Assembly (NCBI GenBank): GCA_964658305.1
Contig: OZ210885.1
Span: 24,242,001 to 24,306,000 of the forward strand
Length of the DNA: 64,000 nucleotides
Direction: 5' to 3'
Origin: Leptogorgia sarmentosa
Taxonomy: Eukaryota
Shown piece after piece: positions 62,440-64,000 of this stretch. A program made the translations under genes and the position numbers. How positions within the stretch are numbered: the first letter of the stretch is position 1; every line of letters starts with the position of its first letter. The notes under the pieces were generated by a model, which was given only the letters and a program-made list of their open reading frames with translations, ran no database searches and was not told the DNA's origin.

Positions 62440-64000
62440 TATTACTAAGTAAGCATTTAAATGACATACCGACTCAGATCTTTAATGAGTTCACAGATTT
62501 TGGTCTGAATTTCTGGTCTTCTTTTTTCCCTTCTTGGATGATTGGTGACTCAGGATTGAAGGTGTGGTTATAGATGGGATATTGTCTTCCACTGGAGGGG
62601 ATTTTTCTGTAGATGTTATGTTGGTTTGGGTGTGTTGAAGGTGGGTTTATGTGGTTGGGTGTTTGGTATGGAGCTGGTTGATGTGTGTATGGGAATAGAG
62701 GTGGAGATGGTAGAGGTTTGGTTGGAGGTGGAGGAGCCCATTGGTATTGCCAAGGTGGTTTGAATTGGGAGTTTGGCTTTCTTGGGAAGGGTTTCCTTCT
62801 GGTTGGAGGGGTCTTATAGAAGGCACGTTTTAGGTTTTGTGCAAAACATTTGACTCCATGGGCATTCAGATGTTTTTTGTCCTTAAGTTGATCTTTTCTT
62901 ATGTTCAGGTGTTCAACATGTGTAACATTTTTCTTTGTGGTGTTGACCTGGGCGGTGTTTATTCATATAATCCTGTTAGAACTACGTGACGGATTTCTTT
63001 TGAAATTAATTCAAATACAACTGATTTGAAAAGAAATCTGTCAGGCAGAACATGAATATATGAATACACCTCTCAATTAATGCTCTACCTACTGCCCTGA
63101 AAGCAATTAATAATTGTTATATCTAGAAACATCGATCCATCACAGTATATACCACACTGTATACTATAGATCTAATTTCTGTCTGTGACAATATTTATGC
63201 TATTCTATTTCTAAATTGAAGACTGTAAACATTTAAAACTTACAGTAATTTTAAATTAGAATCAACTTCAGAATCTATATTCAATATATTATGGAGTATT
63301 ACCTTTATTGTTTGTTCCTCAAGCGCAGTACGGTCAACTGCCTTTTTTATAAGATCTTTTCTCTTCAAAGTTGTCATTCCCTCTTCGCATAAGCCTTCCA
63401 GAATTTCTTTTTGTTCACTTGTCAAGTGATTTCTAGCAGACATCTACAAAATTAATTAAAATATGCTAATTTTCAAATTTGACATATGTGAAAGTAATTT
63501 CTGTTAACTTTTGCAAGAATGCGCAAGTTGATCTTTTCTTATGTTCAGGTGTTCAACATGTGTAACATTTTTCTTTGTGGTGTTGACCTGCTGGTCCAGA
63601 GTGTCTCTTCTTGGGAGGAGTGATGAGACAATTATGTGGCAGTTTGGGTGATTGTTTGACACGTATTCAACTATATCCTCTGTGGTCTTTGTGACTGTCT
63701 CGCTTTGAGCTGGGTGTTCCAGGTCATTGGTGCCGGTGTGAATGATGATGGTTTTTAATGAGGTAAATTTAGTTTTTTCTGTGATTTCCTTTGCCTCTGA
63801 TAGGGTAGGACATCTGACATATTTAGTTTGGCCATTTGGGCACAATAGTTTTGGGTTTAGGTGACGGCCATTGCTATCGCATAGAATAACATTGTCAGCT
63901 TGGATCTCTTCAAGGTCATTGTTTGTGGGTGGAGGTGTATTTTCAGGGTGTTGTTTTTCAGGGTCATCCGGGATGAGTTTTGGTTGGTCTTCAAGTTGTT
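62440..64000 (-). pseudogene. LINE ORF1 with SGNH/GDSL esterase-like domain (RTEX/CR1-group-like), interrupted
   Basis: ILCDSNG, IIIHTGTNDL, VSSLLPRRD, DKKHLN, Pro-rich tail directly upstream of ORF2. Confidence 0.75.
63303..63443 (-). pseudogene. Isolated exon encoding a divergent (HDX-like) homeodomain, helices 1-2 and start of helix 3
   Basis: RNHLTSEQKEILEGLCEEGM...TALEEQTIK; ttttgtag acceptor before the ATG, GT donor right after IK. Confidence 0.6.

Overview
AT-rich eukaryotic DNA with spliceosomal introns and no intact host gene. The element mix suggests a marine invertebrate, probably a cnidarian (inference). The window is a dense, nested transposon graveyard. In order: an IS3EU-like integrase element carrying an alpha-kinase, interrupted by a hAT and partly amplified in tandem; a CACTA/EnSpm remnant; a 7.6-kb foldback element built from inverted 10-bp satellite arrays; Tc1/mariner MITEs; Sola3-like, hAT, PIF/Harbinger, DIRS, BEL/Pao, KDZ/Zisupton, Gypsy and Kolobok elements; a HECT-ligase pseudogene; and an esterase-ORF1 LINE. 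The standout is 51.8-55.0 kb. An intact CRESS-virus-type Rep (HUH endonuclease + SF3 helicase) has a circovirus-like AAGTATTAC stem-loop just upstream. It lies convergent with an atypical Tc1-like DDE transposase instead of a capsid gene, and the two are separated by a repeat-rich hairpin. This is a candidate hybrid rolling-circle/cut-and-paste element. All family calls come from motif recognition by eye, not from database searches.
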